This document shows positions 19,221 to 28,720 of a stretch of DNA of 51,676 nt, piece by piece. Source of the DNA: a virus (Duplodnaviria > Caudoviricetes). Location of the stretch: the IMG/VR virus record IMGVR_UViG_3300009183_000012, positions 1-51,676 of that record; one strand, written 5' to 3'. The notes under the pieces were generated by a model that worked only from the letters and a program-made list of their open reading frames with translations, was not told the origin of the DNA and searched no databases. The translations under genes and the position numbers were made by a program. Every line of letters starts with the position of its first letter. Within the stretch, counting starts at the first letter, position 1.

Positions 19221-20549
19221 TTAGTAGGCGGGTCGAGAGGTTAAGTGGCTTTGGACCTTCATCGGAGAGATGGAGTTCATCTGGCGTTCGATCACGTCAA
19301 ACTGGTCGCCCATCTTCCCCTCTGCAATACTGTAAGCGGCTTGAGCCTTGTCCATCTGACCATCAGCAATCAGCCAATCGCCGTAGGATTGATAGGTGCA
19401 AAATTGCAGGAACACCTCGTAGAACGGAATGACCTCCCAGCTGGTTGGGGTGGTGGTGGGACTCTGACCAGCGGTCGTGGCCACGATGCACTTGTAGAAA
19501 TCCCCGTAGCCTGCGGTGCTGGTGAAGTAGACTTGCTGGTCGACAGTGTAGGTGCTGGTCGCGCTGTAAACGTCGCCAGAATAGGTGGGAGCGGTCTTGC
19601 GGTAGTAGATGTAGACCGGGTTGCTGGGTGGGGCACCGTAGAGATTGTTCTGGGCTACACCGTTGTTGTAGACGACGTACTGATACGGCGTCCCGTTGAT
19701 AATCTGAATGCCTTGTGGCAACAGGTTGTAGCCAAACTGAGAAGGGAAATTGCTGGCGAAGGGAGAGCATGGCCAGACGTTGAAGACGACGTCGATGGTG
19801 GATTCTCCCGTCTGATCCCACTCCAGAATGAGATCTTGAACAGGGGTGTTGCTGGTCTGTTGCACCAACGCGCCCCAGAAATACGCACCCTTGGCGGTGT
19901 CCCCTGCATAGGAAAGGGTGGAGCCATCGGACGACAGTTGCAGCGTGACCGATCCGCTAGACGTGGCAGCCACGTTGGCGGTGAACGTCGCTTGGCAGAG
20001 CCAAAAACCGTTGGGCTGCTGGGCAATCGTGGTGGTGGTGAAGTTGGTCGCCGTGCCCACCACTCCGGTCGTCGTGTTGAAGAACGCCGTGTAGGTGGTG
20101 ACTCCATCCGTGACCGACAGGTACTGGAATGCCCGACCATTGGGGCGAGCGTAGAACGAGACCGTATAACTGGTCGACGGGAAGAAGTTAGTGACCGTCT
20201 GCACCACCTTGTGGGCAGAGTTGGCCGCAGTCTCCATCAGCTTCGTGGCAGTTACATTCCCATCTGCTGGGTTCGATACGCTGTTCGCGGTGGCTGTCAC
20301 CGCCGTAGCCGTCCAGACCGAGGTCTTGGACAGGTTGTTGGGGTAGGTCAGACGGTTCCCGAGAAATCGTGCCTCACCGTAAGGGCAGATCTCCATCCAC
20401 TGCCCGTCGCCCCACATCTTCGACAGTGCGGAGTTGAATGCCGCGTTGGCGGTCGCCGCAATCTCTGTCGTCAGTCGGGACGTGGGGATCCCCACCAACG
20501 AAGACCAGTTCGTCAGGAACGTAGAGTAGTGACTGACGAGACGGGCCAT
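19221..20549 (-). CDS. Head-tail adaptor (tail tubular A-like) with inserted spike/carbohydrate-binding-like domains
   Basis: Helical N- and C-termini (YGDWL.ADGQMDKA); central T-rich beta domain; CBM5/12-like YSATSTY..DQQVY..FYKC..W segment. Confidence 0.6.
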   Translation of the reverse strand: MARLVSHYSTFLTNWSSLVGIPTSRLTTEIAATANAAFNSALSKMWGDGQWMEICPYGEARFLGNRLTYPNNLSKTSVWTATAVTATANSVSNPADGNVTATKLMETAANSAHKVVQTVTNFFPSTSYTVSFYARPNGRAFQYLSVTDGVTTYTAFFNTTTGVVGTATNFTTTTIAQQPNGFWLCQATFTANVAATSSGSVTLQLSSDGSTLSYAGDTAKGAYFWGALVQQTSNTPVQDLILEWDQTGESTIDVVFNVWPCSPFASNFPSQFGYNLLPQGIQIINGTPYQYVVYNNGVAQNNLYGAPPSNPVYIYYRKTAPTYSGDVYSATSTYTVDQQVYFTSTAGYGDFYKCIVATTAGQSPTTTPTSWEVIPFYEVFLQFCTYQSYGDWLIADGQMDKAQAAYSIAEGKMGDQFDVIERQMNSISPMKVQSHLTSRPAY

Positions 20550-20553
20550 GGGG

Positions 20554-21192
20554 TTACCGCATCCCCATCGGGCGTGAAGGATTGAACAGGTCCAAGAGAG
20601 ACACCGGAGACTTCTTCTTCTTGTCGGTGATGTTCTCGGTGTCGGCAGGAGCGGGGCGATACTGCTTGTGACGCTTCAGCAGGAGTGCAGACCATTCCGA
20701 GATGTCGCCTTTGATCCGCTTCTTCTCGGCGTCGTCTTTGGCCTCGGACAGTTGGTCGCGCAGGAACTTCAGATGCTCCATGCCATCCTTGACCGCATCG
20801 TCATTGGATTTGTCGAGGTCTTCGTCTCCATAACGCTCGCCCGTCTCGATGGACTTGGACTTTTTATCTTTAGCTATGAGGGCATCCGCGATCTCAATAC
20901 TTTCGTCACTGAGCCCTTCGTTCTCTGGGAGCTTTCGCTTCTTCCCGATCACGGTGAACTTGGTCACTGGGATGCCCTCGACTACGCCACCGTCTTCGCC
21001 TTCGTCGAGTAGGTCGTCATCCTTAGCCAGCCGCTTGCTGGTCACGGTGAACTTGGTCATCGGGACGCCATCGACTACGCCGCCGTCTTCGCCTTCGTCG
21101 AGCATGCCCTCGCCCATGCCGTCCTCCTCGCACTCAGGGCAGATCTTTCCACGTTTCTTACACTCGGCACAATGGTTGGATTTTGGTTTCAT
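20554..21192 (-). CDS. Acidic hypothetical protein with N-terminal CxxC..CxxC and a 93-bp duplication
   Basis: ORF fits the operon; two copies of LDEGEDGGVV.G.P.TKFTV..K. Confidence 0.6.
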   Translation of the reverse strand: MKPKSNHCAECKKRGKICPECEEDGMGEGMLDEGEDGGVVDGVPMTKFTVTSKRLAKDDDLLDEGEDGGVVEGIPVTKFTVIGKKRKLPENEGLSDESIEIADALIAKDKKSKSIETGERYGDEDLDKSNDDAVKDGMEHLKFLRDQLSEAKDDAEKKRIKGDISEWSALLLKRHKQYRPAPADTENITDKKKKSPVSLLDLFNPSRPMGMR

Positions 21193-21194
21193 GA

Positions 21195-21560
21195 TCAGAC
21201 AGGTTTACCGTTGATGAAGGTTTTGCCGTGGCGGAAATCGCCTTTGCGACGGGGGCGATAGCCCGGGGCGCACAGTTCAGGGTTGTCCTTGAGGAGGTCG
21301 TCGATCCAGTTCTCTTCATGGCCTCGCTCGGCGAAGCAGCGGAAGTACAGGCGACGGTCCATGCTGGTGATCCTTTGGCCGAGGGTGTCGATCTGTATCG
21401 AGCCTGCCTGCCTCATCACCCGTGACAGTTTCTCTTGCCGCAGTTGGGCAGCGACCTTCTCCGCAGGCACATGCCCCCGGATCTCGGCCTCAAACTCGTC
21501 CAAGAATGATTGTGGGAGGCCGGTAATCAGGTCTCCACTTCCGGTGGCTTCGTAAGACAT
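21195..21560 (-). CDS. Hypothetical protein
   Basis: ATG 21560 immediately after the terminator; typical post-capsid small gene (..LLKDNPEL..). Confidence 0.65.
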   Translation of the reverse strand: MSYEATGSGDLITGLPQSFLDEFEAEIRGHVPAEKVAAQLRQEKLSRVMRQAGSIQIDTLGQRITSMDRRLYFRCFAERGHEENWIDDLLKDNPELCAPGYRPRRKGDFRHGKTFINGKPV

Positions 21561-21596
21561 AAAAAGGGTGGGGCACATGGCTAGGCCATGTGCCCC
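21561..21596 (-). terminator. Intrinsic terminator after the capsid/decoration genes
   Basis: Minus strand GGGGCACATGGC-CTA-GCCATGTGCCCC followed by ACCCTTTTT. Confidence 0.7.
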
Positions 21597-21613
21597 TCAC
21601 ACTCAACTGCCAA

Positions 21614-22081
21614 TTACGGCAGGAGAGCGGTATTGACGAGGTTCAGGTAGATGTCCAACTGACCCGCCGTGAGTGCAGCAGGACCGCCCGTGCCCGCAGC
21701 CGTGAAGGTCGCGACAAGGTTGCGGGAAGCCGTACCCGTGGTGTTCGTCAGGACCGCAGTGCCTACCGTCTGGTTCAAGAACGCCGCCGTGAGGAGGGTC
21801 GTGGACGAGGTGAGCGCAGCGGTGGACGAGGTGGTGCCGACAATGATGGTCGCCGCAGTGATACCAGTGAAAGCCGTCGTGATGTTGACACCAGCTTTGT
21901 CGATATACCACTTGGCCGGGGTCGCGCCCAACGTCATCGTGACGGTGTCGCTGGCCCCAGTGCCGTAGAGGATGTCGGTCGAGAGCACGCGGAAGCGTGC
22001 GTTGTAGCCGGTCGCCGAAACCTCTTGTTCAGAGAGGGGGGTGACGCGGGTGGGCGAGATCGTGATTGCTGTATCAGCCAT
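21614..22081 (-). CDS. Putative capsid decoration/cement protein
   Basis: T/A/G-rich beta protein directly after the major capsid gene. Confidence 0.55.
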   Translation of the reverse strand: MADTAITISPTRVTPLSEQEVSATGYNARFRVLSTDILYGTGASDTVTMTLGATPAKWYIDKAGVNITTAFTGITAATIIVGTTSSTAALTSSTTLLTAAFLNQTVGTAVLTNTTGTASRNLVATFTAAGTGGPAALTAGQLDIYLNLVNTALLP

Positions 22082-22108
22082 GGTGTGGGTTCTCCTTTAG
22101 GTTAAGTG

Positions 22109-23116
22109 TTAGCTGGATCCGGCGAATTTGCCGAGACCGCGAGGATTCTTGACCAGCAGCAAGAGAGCCGACTGGACAAGGCCGCGACGGCCACCACCCT
22201 GATTCTCAAGCTCCATCGAGTCGACGCCGAGCATGGTGCCGATGCCGACCAGCTGGGGGTCGATGACGTAGCCACGGGCCATCTGCTGATTGGTCGTGGT
22301 CGTGACCGCCGAACCGTCCAACAGGCCGTTGAACATGTCGGGGATGATCGTCACGGTGTGGAACGAGCCTTTGTAGACCGAGACATCGAGGTCGATGCGG
22401 TTACTGGCAGCGTCTTGGGAGACCTGATAGGTCTTGGTCGTGCCCGAGGCACCCTCAACACGTTGGAACGTGTTGATGGCGGTCATCAGGTTAGGGCCAG
22501 CGAACAGCGAGTAGGCGCGACGTCCACCGTTCTGGGTGAAGATCGAGCGGAACACGCCGTTGAAGGTGGCTTCCGTGAGGGAAGCCGTCGCCGTGGCGTC
22601 GATGTTGCCGGACGGCGTGAGGAACGCCGTGGGGACAGGATTCACGGTCTGAGCCGTGGACTGGATCCACTTGCCAAGGCCACGGGTCTTGTAAGGCAGG
22701 AGACCGGTGTCGGCCTGCATGTCGTTGTCGGAACCGATGGCGGCTTCGATGGAGCGTTTCAGCTCGCGCATCGCCTTCACCTTGGAGTTCGCGACTTCAC
22801 CGTCGGTGCCCGCCGGGTCGGAGGCTTCTTGGAGGTCCGAGACCATCCAAGGACGCCAGAACTTCTGGATGTAGTTGCCGAAGCGGGCGCGGTTGGCGGC
22901 TTCGTTGTTGAACGCATTGACGTCTTGGCCTTCCAAGACACCTGCGAAATCAACATTGGCGAGAGTGTCAGCCTGCCACGTTTGGTAGGTGTTGGTGACT
23001 TTGGTCGTCTTCGCGAACGAAGACGTCTTTGGGCAATCCTCGGGTTCAAGGATTGTGAGGAAGTTCGTGAGAGCTTCGCGATCTCCGGATACGTTGTATG
23101 ATGTTGCTAGAGCCAT
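22109..23116 (-). CDS. Major capsid protein (SU10/DUF5309-like)
   Basis: GDREALTN.L....PED.P, W..D.L, EG.D, NYIQKF, K.MRELKR.IE, RGLGKWI motifs. Confidence 0.85.
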   Translation of the reverse strand: MALATSYNVSGDREALTNFLTILEPEDCPKTSSFAKTTKVTNTYQTWQADTLANVDFAGVLEGQDVNAFNNEAANRARFGNYIQKFWRPWMVSDLQEASDPAGTDGEVANSKVKAMRELKRSIEAAIGSDNDMQADTGLLPYKTRGLGKWIQSTAQTVNPVPTAFLTPSGNIDATATASLTEATFNGVFRSIFTQNGGRRAYSLFAGPNLMTAINTFQRVEGASGTTKTYQVSQDAASNRIDLDVSVYKGSFHTVTIIPDMFNGLLDGSAVTTTTNQQMARGYVIDPQLVGIGTMLGVDSMELENQGGGRRGLVQSALLLLVKNPRGLGKFAGSS

Positions 23117-23122
23117 GGTGGT

Positions 23123-24301
23123 TTATCGAGATTTTCTAAGTTGTTCGTGTCGTAAAAGGAGGCTTTGCGCGTCTGCCGAATTGATCCCGCCCTTGCTTAC
23201 CATTTTCGCCATCTCTGCGGAGAGTTTGCCACGTTCACCATTTGCTGCCGGTTGCCGAACTGCTGAAGCCGATCCAGAGGATACCACTGCCTGATCGCTG
23301 CTCGGCTTATTGGCCGGTGCTTTGGGTTTGGTCTTGGCTGCCGCAGCTGCGTCCTCCGCTAGTGCGCGGAGACCTCGGATCTGCACCCCGAGAATGTACT
23401 CCGCCTGAGGCATCGACATGATCGTTGCCAGTGCGGGGTTTTTGCGGGCTGCTTCGGCAATCTTGTATTCAGGAGAACTGGTGTCGGTGAGGAAGGGGAA
23501 CTGGATGTGCGCTTGTCGGGTCGACTCGATTCGGGTGGCAATGAATTGCTCTCGCTTCGGAATGTGATCTTCCAAAGTTGCCCGGGCTTGGCGTCGTTGA
23601 CTGATGAGATCTGCCTTCGTATAGGAGACATCCCCTATATTGTGGTAGGTCACTTCGCGCTCGTCTCCAGTTACTGGGTCGACCACGGTGCTTACATTCC
23701 ACCGTGATGGATCTTCCAAGACTTCTTCGACGTACCGTAGGGCATCTTTCGCCGTCTTCTTCAGATCGGCCAGTGCGGCTGGATCATTGAAGCCTGACAG
23801 CGGTTCAGAGGCTACTACGATTGGCGGGGGTGGTGGCGTGGGCGGCGCAGCCGGTTGGCTGTTGAGCTTGGCTTCCACTTCCCTGAGCTTGGCTTTGGTC
23901 TCCTCCATCTGCGCTTGAATTGCAGAGGTCTTGGCCAATTCCTTGCGCAGTCGTCGGTTAAAGATCTCCTGTTGTTCGGGAGTGAACGAATGGGTTTGAG
24001 AAGGAACGGGGTCGGCCTCCGTCGTGGGAGTCTCGGTGGCAACCTCAGTCGTCTCGGATGCTGGAGTCTCTTCCGTGGTGGCTGTTAATTCGGGAGCCTG
24101 CTCGGCCCTCGCTGTCGGAGTTTCTTGGGTCTCAGTGGAAGTATCTTCCGCAGCTTGTCGGGTTGGCGATGGCGAAGATGCTTTGCTGGCCGAGGCCAAC
24201 ATCATCATCGCTGCCGCACCCGTAGAGATATTTTCCGACCCGGACTTTGACGCATCACCTGTAGAAGCTGGTGAAGAAGCTTGAGAAGTTTCTGACGACA
24301 T
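23123..24301 (-). CDS. Capsid scaffolding protein
   Basis: Acidic disordered N-terminus plus coiled coil, between portal and capsid genes. Confidence 0.7.
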   Translation of the reverse strand: MSSETSQASSPASTGDASKSGSENISTGAAAMMMLASASKASSPSPTRQAAEDTSTETQETPTARAEQAPELTATTEETPASETTEVATETPTTEADPVPSQTHSFTPEQQEIFNRRLRKELAKTSAIQAQMEETKAKLREVEAKLNSQPAAPPTPPPPPIVVASEPLSGFNDPAALADLKKTAKDALRYVEEVLEDPSRWNVSTVVDPVTGDEREVTYHNIGDVSYTKADLISQRRQARATLEDHIPKREQFIATRIESTRQAHIQFPFLTDTSSPEYKIAEAARKNPALATIMSMPQAEYILGVQIRGLRALAEDAAAAAKTKPKAPANKPSSDQAVVSSGSASAVRQPAANGERGKLSAEMAKMVSKGGINSADAQSLLLRHEQLRKSR

Positions 24302-24402
24302 GTTTTACGTAAACAAGAACCGTTGTCTAACATCCTGACGCATGGCTGAAGTGCCAAGAACCATAGCCAAGTCCTAAAACTGGTTTCAGGTCAACAACAA
24401 AA

Positions 24403-24663
24403 TTACAGCGCCGCTTCTTCTGCCGCCCGGTTCAATGCTTCCTGATACAGGGATAGGATTGATTCGTAGCTGGCGATCTCTCCGATGCAAGCCAGTGTGG
24501 CCCGCTCATTGACGATCACATTGCCATCGCAAAGGTTGGACACCGCAGCCTCGCGCATGGACCGAACCTCCGCCATGAACTCGGCGAAGCGGGTATCCTT
24601 GGCCAGCCCGAGGAGGGCATTCTGCAACCGCTTCTGGGCTTTGACTGAGTCTTGAGGAGGCAT
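24403..24663 (-). CDS. Small helical protein after portal
   Basis: Conserved position; 86-aa helical ORF. Confidence 0.65.
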   Translation of the reverse strand: MPPQDSVKAQKRLQNALLGLAKDTRFAEFMAEVRSMREAAVSNLCDGNVIVNERATLACIGEIASYESILSLYQEALNRAAEEAAL

Positions 24664-24664
24664 A

Positions 24665-26782
24665 TTAGACCGCTCCTAAACGCCCGATCCGGGCATTGTT
24701 GCGCTGGGTTTTCTGAAATTCCGCCTGCTTCATCAATTTCTCGATGCGCTTGCCGAAGGGATCCTGCGGGTTCTGCATCTTGGCTTGGACCGTGGGGTCT
24801 CCCTGAAGGTAGTTCTGGATGACTGAGAGGGCGAGATCTGGGGGCGTGCCCGGACTCAGGTCTTGGTCGATGCCTGAGTACACCTTGGTCAGCATGTCCT
24901 GCACGTCGCCGGATGCCCGCTGCTGGCCTACCTCTTTGGGGTCCAAGATCATCTCAGCGATGGTCGGGTCGATGGCGTTGACCATGACTTGCAGCCACTC
25001 AGAGTAGTTGACCATGCCTTCACGGTCGCCCGTGGCTACGATCTTGGCGATCTGCTCCAGCTTGGCGAAGGTCTGGTCAGGGCTCATGCTGTCGACCGAG
25101 AACCGCAACACGAAGTCGAACTGCTCATCCTCCTCGCCCTTGCGGAACTCGACGGGGTCTACTTGCTTCAGGCCGACCACCCGGTAGTAGGTCTCCTCTT
25201 TGCCGAACTGCTTGAAGAGCTGCCAGCACTGGAGATAGACCTTGTTCCACCCGATGAGGAACTCGTCGGCCTCGTCCTGCGTCAGCAGGGGGGTGTAGGT
25301 CGGGTCGCTTGAATTGGTGGCAAACCCGAGATAGCCGTTGAAGTCGGACTTCAACTCCTTGTAGCTGGCCTCAGTACTGGGAGAGTAGGAGGGGGTGGTG
25401 CCGAAATGGTACTCACCGGGCCGACGTTCCGCGATACGCGCACCCGCACCCCACCGCAAGGGCGGACGCCCTTGGGGGTACATGAGTGGGGGCATGATCT
25501 GCATCGAGGCGTTGTCGATCAGCGAGTCCTTGTGGACCTTGATCTGCTGCTGCAACGGCTTGCCCGGTTCTGGAATGCCCCGGGAGTCGTGCAGTTTGCG
25601 GGACAGATGCTCCCGGCGGAAGATGGTGAAAGGGTACTGGCCATGGGCGTAGCCCAGCAGTCCCGTCTTGGCGTAGCCCTCATGGCTGCCGTCCGGACCC
25701 ATCTTGGGGTTGAAGATGGTCAGGTAAATGCCCGCGTTGCCGTCCTCGTCGGACAGCCGTTGATAGGCGAACACCACTCCGATGAGGTTGGTGAACTGGC
25801 TGCTCTGGAAGGTGAACGAGCGACCCATCGGTTGGTTGTACTCGTTCTGGGTGTTGGTGATTAACTGCCCACGGCAGGTGGTGATCGCCGCCTCGACCCA
25901 TGCCTCGTCCCAGCCGGAGGTATTGACGAAGCCCCGCAGCTGCTCGGCGGTGTAGTACTCCACGCGGAACATGGCCGAGCAGGTCTCCGGATCGGTAGAC
26001 TCAGCCGGGATGAAAAGGTTCTGATTGAGGTTGAATGCCCGAATGACCGGTCGGGACTTCTTGCGTGAGACGGTAGGGACGGTGGTCGTCTGGGATTTGC
26101 GCAACTCGGCCAGCATCTTCTTCGCCTTGGCCCGGGAGCACTGGTACAGGCTGACAAAGATCTCGACCAGCTGGTCCTCACCCTCGGTGGAGTAGAGGAC
26201 GGCAGTGAGGTCGGCCTCGGGGGACTGGGCCTGAAGTTGTTCCAGTGTGACGGTGGTGAGGATTCGCTCCTGACTCTCCTCCCAGAAAGTGCCGATGGCC
26301 CCAATACCCTGTTCTTGGACAAAGTTGGCCAGCAGCTTGACCTCCCGAGCGACTTCGGGGATCTGGGTCTGGACCATCCAGCGCATGAAATTGGCCACCG
26401 TCTTGGCCCGCTTGATGTCGTTGCCTTCGACCGGAGTGGCTGAAATGCCTGCCCGTCGAAACGCCATGCACAGCATGGCCACCTTCTTGATGATCGCTTC
26501 GTCAGTCAGGAAGACCTGAAGATCCGACGCCCCGTCCCATGGAGTGGGGTCGATCTTGGATCCCTCACGGGCGTGCTTCTTTCCATCGGCACTCTGACCG
26601 GACCACAGGGCGTAGCGGGTATTGAAATTCTCCTCACACTGGTCGAAGAAACCTTGCAGGTTGGCCAGCGTCGTATTGAACGTCTTGGACAAGAGCGCAT
26701 GATCCGGCCCGTCGTTACCAGCGGGGGCGAGTTGCAGACCGGCATCGGCCTGACCATCAGTAGTGCCCGAATAAGAACTCAT
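24665..26782 (-). CDS. Portal protein
   Basis: 705 aa directly after terL; PWDGASD, SRGIPE...Q..IK...D...DN.S....PP motifs. Confidence 0.8.
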   Translation of the reverse strand: MSSYSGTTDGQADAGLQLAPAGNDGPDHALLSKTFNTTLANLQGFFDQCEENFNTRYALWSGQSADGKKHAREGSKIDPTPWDGASDLQVFLTDEAIIKKVAMLCMAFRRAGISATPVEGNDIKRAKTVANFMRWMVQTQIPEVAREVKLLANFVQEQGIGAIGTFWEESQERILTTVTLEQLQAQSPEADLTAVLYSTEGEDQLVEIFVSLYQCSRAKAKKMLAELRKSQTTTVPTVSRKKSRPVIRAFNLNQNLFIPAESTDPETCSAMFRVEYYTAEQLRGFVNTSGWDEAWVEAAITTCRGQLITNTQNEYNQPMGRSFTFQSSQFTNLIGVVFAYQRLSDEDGNAGIYLTIFNPKMGPDGSHEGYAKTGLLGYAHGQYPFTIFRREHLSRKLHDSRGIPEPGKPLQQQIKVHKDSLIDNASMQIMPPLMYPQGRPPLRWGAGARIAERRPGEYHFGTTPSYSPSTEASYKELKSDFNGYLGFATNSSDPTYTPLLTQDEADEFLIGWNKVYLQCWQLFKQFGKEETYYRVVGLKQVDPVEFRKGEEDEQFDFVLRFSVDSMSPDQTFAKLEQIAKIVATGDREGMVNYSEWLQVMVNAIDPTIAEMILDPKEVGQQRASGDVQDMLTKVYSGIDQDLSPGTPPDLALSVIQNYLQGDPTVQAKMQNPQDPFGKRIEKLMKQAEFQKTQRNNARIGRLGAV

Positions 26783-26824
26783 ACGTTTTTAGCAGGTAGG
26801 TTGCAGGGCGGTCATAAGGCAAGT

Positions 26825-28507
26825 CTAATATACGCCCGTCCGGTTGCGATCCTCGGTGACGGGAGGGACATACTCGCACCCACCTTTGCGCAGGTAGCGA
26901 AGGCAGTCGACGAAGTCCTTGGTGTGCTCCTTGCCTCCCAGTTTGCCGGTGTACTCCTGCATGGCGTAGATGAAGTTCTCGCAACGGTCGGACACGTAGA
27001 GGCGGGGGGAGTTCAGGCTGTCGATGGGCTTCTTGGTATCATAGGCCAACAGGTTGGTGATAAGTTGGATGCCGTCCTCGATCTCACCCCGGTCTGACTC
27101 CGAGACCGCTGCGGGGGCTGGGATCATGCTGATGCCGCAGTCGTCCAAGTCCGAGATGATGGTGGTTGCTCCCCGGTCCTTGGTCTGGCGCTCGGCGGCT
27201 CCCATGCGTGGGTCGATGAACCGCTCAAAGATCTTCTCCGTCCCCTCGGCATCCTTGATGAGGCTGACGTAGCCCTTGATGTCCAAGCCGATCCCCTTCT
27301 GGGCCGGACCCTCCTTGTCCCCGGGGAGCGCCCAGTCGCCGTAGCTGACGTCGGGCCACTCCCGGTAGACCCACCACGTCCCGCGCACGTCGATGGCCAC
27401 CCACAGCATGCACCAGTTCTTGGACCCGCCCAAGTCGATGGCCATGTAGCGGGTGATGGGGTAGGGGATCTCGCCTCCCTTGGCATTGAACTTGGGCTTC
27501 AGCCATGGGAGGTCGTCGTGAGAGACCACGTTGACGTCCCGGCTGAAGAGGGGGAAAGCTGAGCTGACCGACTTGGTCGGTACTCCGTAGGCGCGGGCGA
27601 GGATGACCTCCCGGCTCTCCGAGCCGTAGAGCTTCATGAACTCCGTAATATCTGTAAATGGGTTGTCCTCGGTCCAAGCGTAGTGGATGCAGCAGGATCC
27701 CACCGACAGGCTCTCCTGCATGACCGGCAGATTGGCCATGATCTTGGGGTGGTTGCAGAAGCGGGTCTTGAGGGTGCGGGTCTTGGCGAGGATCTTTTCG
27801 ATGGTCTCGTTCCAACCGTCGACGACGGTGTAGGTCAGCAGCATCCGGCCATGGTAGGTGCCCAGTCGCCCCATGCGGATCGTCTCAAACAGGTCGTAGG
27901 GAATTTTTTCATCGGCCCAGACGAAGTGAGCCTTGATGCCTTCGATGATCTGGCTGTTCTGAGAGAACTGGGCGAAGTTGTAAAATTTTATGGAGCCGCC
28001 CCTCCGGTAGCCCTTGGAGGGTGGGAGGATGGCAATCGAGTCGGTGAAGCCGTTCTTCTGCGAGTATTGAAGGCTGTGATACGTACCCTTTTTCGTGGAC
28101 ACATTGCGCAGGTTCTCCGGCAGGGACTCGTAGACGAAGCGTTGCTGGTCGTCGATTGACCGTCGGTCGGAGATGTGAAAGCCGTAGACCTCGGCCTCGG
28201 GGATGGTCGAGGCAGCCCAGACCGTCATGCGTGCGCCGAGCGTGGTCTTCGAACTTTGGTTGCCCCCCAGAAGTACGTGGACGTTGTAGTGCGGCCAAGC
28301 GTCCATCACCTGATCCCAGACCGGGGGTGCCCAGCCCCAGCCCACGGGATTCTCCTGCATCTTGGCCTCGACCATCTTGCGATGGGAGACGTACTGCCGG
28401 AGTTCCGCATCGGACATCGCGGCCAGTTGCTCCGGTTTTAACGGTGGCACCCACGGTACGCCGAACCGGGGCTGGAACTTGTCGGCGTATTGAATGCTGG
28501 AGGCCAT
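26825..28507 (-). CDS. terL: Terminase large subunit
   Basis: Walker A GGNQSSKT, Walker B WADE, coupling LTYT, nuclease AIDLGG..NW and KDFVDCLRY; probable start ATG 28507. Confidence 0.9.
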   Translation of the reverse strand: MASSIQYADKFQPRFGVPWVPPLKPEQLAAMSDAELRQYVSHRKMVEAKMQENPVGWGWAPPVWDQVMDAWPHYNVHVLLGGNQSSKTTLGARMTVWAASTIPEAEVYGFHISDRRSIDDQQRFVYESLPENLRNVSTKKGTYHSLQYSQKNGFTDSIAILPPSKGYRRGGSIKFYNFAQFSQNSQIIEGIKAHFVWADEKIPYDLFETIRMGRLGTYHGRMLLTYTVVDGWNETIEKILAKTRTLKTRFCNHPKIMANLPVMQESLSVGSCCIHYAWTEDNPFTDITEFMKLYGSESREVILARAYGVPTKSVSSAFPLFSRDVNVVSHDDLPWLKPKFNAKGGEIPYPITRYMAIDLGGSKNWCMLWVAIDVRGTWWVYREWPDVSYGDWALPGDKEGPAQKGIGLDIKGYVSLIKDAEGTEKIFERFIDPRMGAAERQTKDRGATTIISDLDDCGISMIPAPAAVSESDRGEIEDGIQLITNLLAYDTKKPIDSLNSPRLYVSDRCENFIYAMQEYTGKLGGKEHTKDFVDCLRYLRKGGCEYVPPVTEDRNRTGVY

Positions 28508-28519
28508 CGGGTTTAGCTG

Positions 28520-28550
28520 TTGACAATGTTGCAAAATGCAACATTGTCAA
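28520..28550. promoter_or_regulatory. Perfect 14-bp inverted repeat with TTGACA on both strands (divergent promoter/operator)
   Basis: TTGACAATGTTGCA-AAA-TGCAACATTGTCAA between the divergent ATGs at 28507 and 28559. Confidence 0.75.
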
Positions 28551-28558
28551 GTTCTTCA

Positions 28559-28720
28559 ATGGCCAAGACCCCCAAACTGAGACAGGTACGGATCGCCAAG
28601 GATGTAGAACCCTTGATGCTTGCCGCCATGTTGGAGAGTTCCCGGTCTGCGCCCGCTGAAGTAAACCATGTCCTCCGTAAAACATATCTTGCCCGACGCC
28701 TCCGTCTACGACCGCGTTGA
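28559..28720 (+). CDS. Arc/ribbon-helix-helix-like regulator (53 aa)
   Basis: QVRI beta strand, helix, SRS...EVN..LR pattern. Confidence 0.55.
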   Translation: MAKTPKLRQVRIAKDVEPLMLAAMLESSRSAPAEVNHVLRKTYLARRLRLRPR

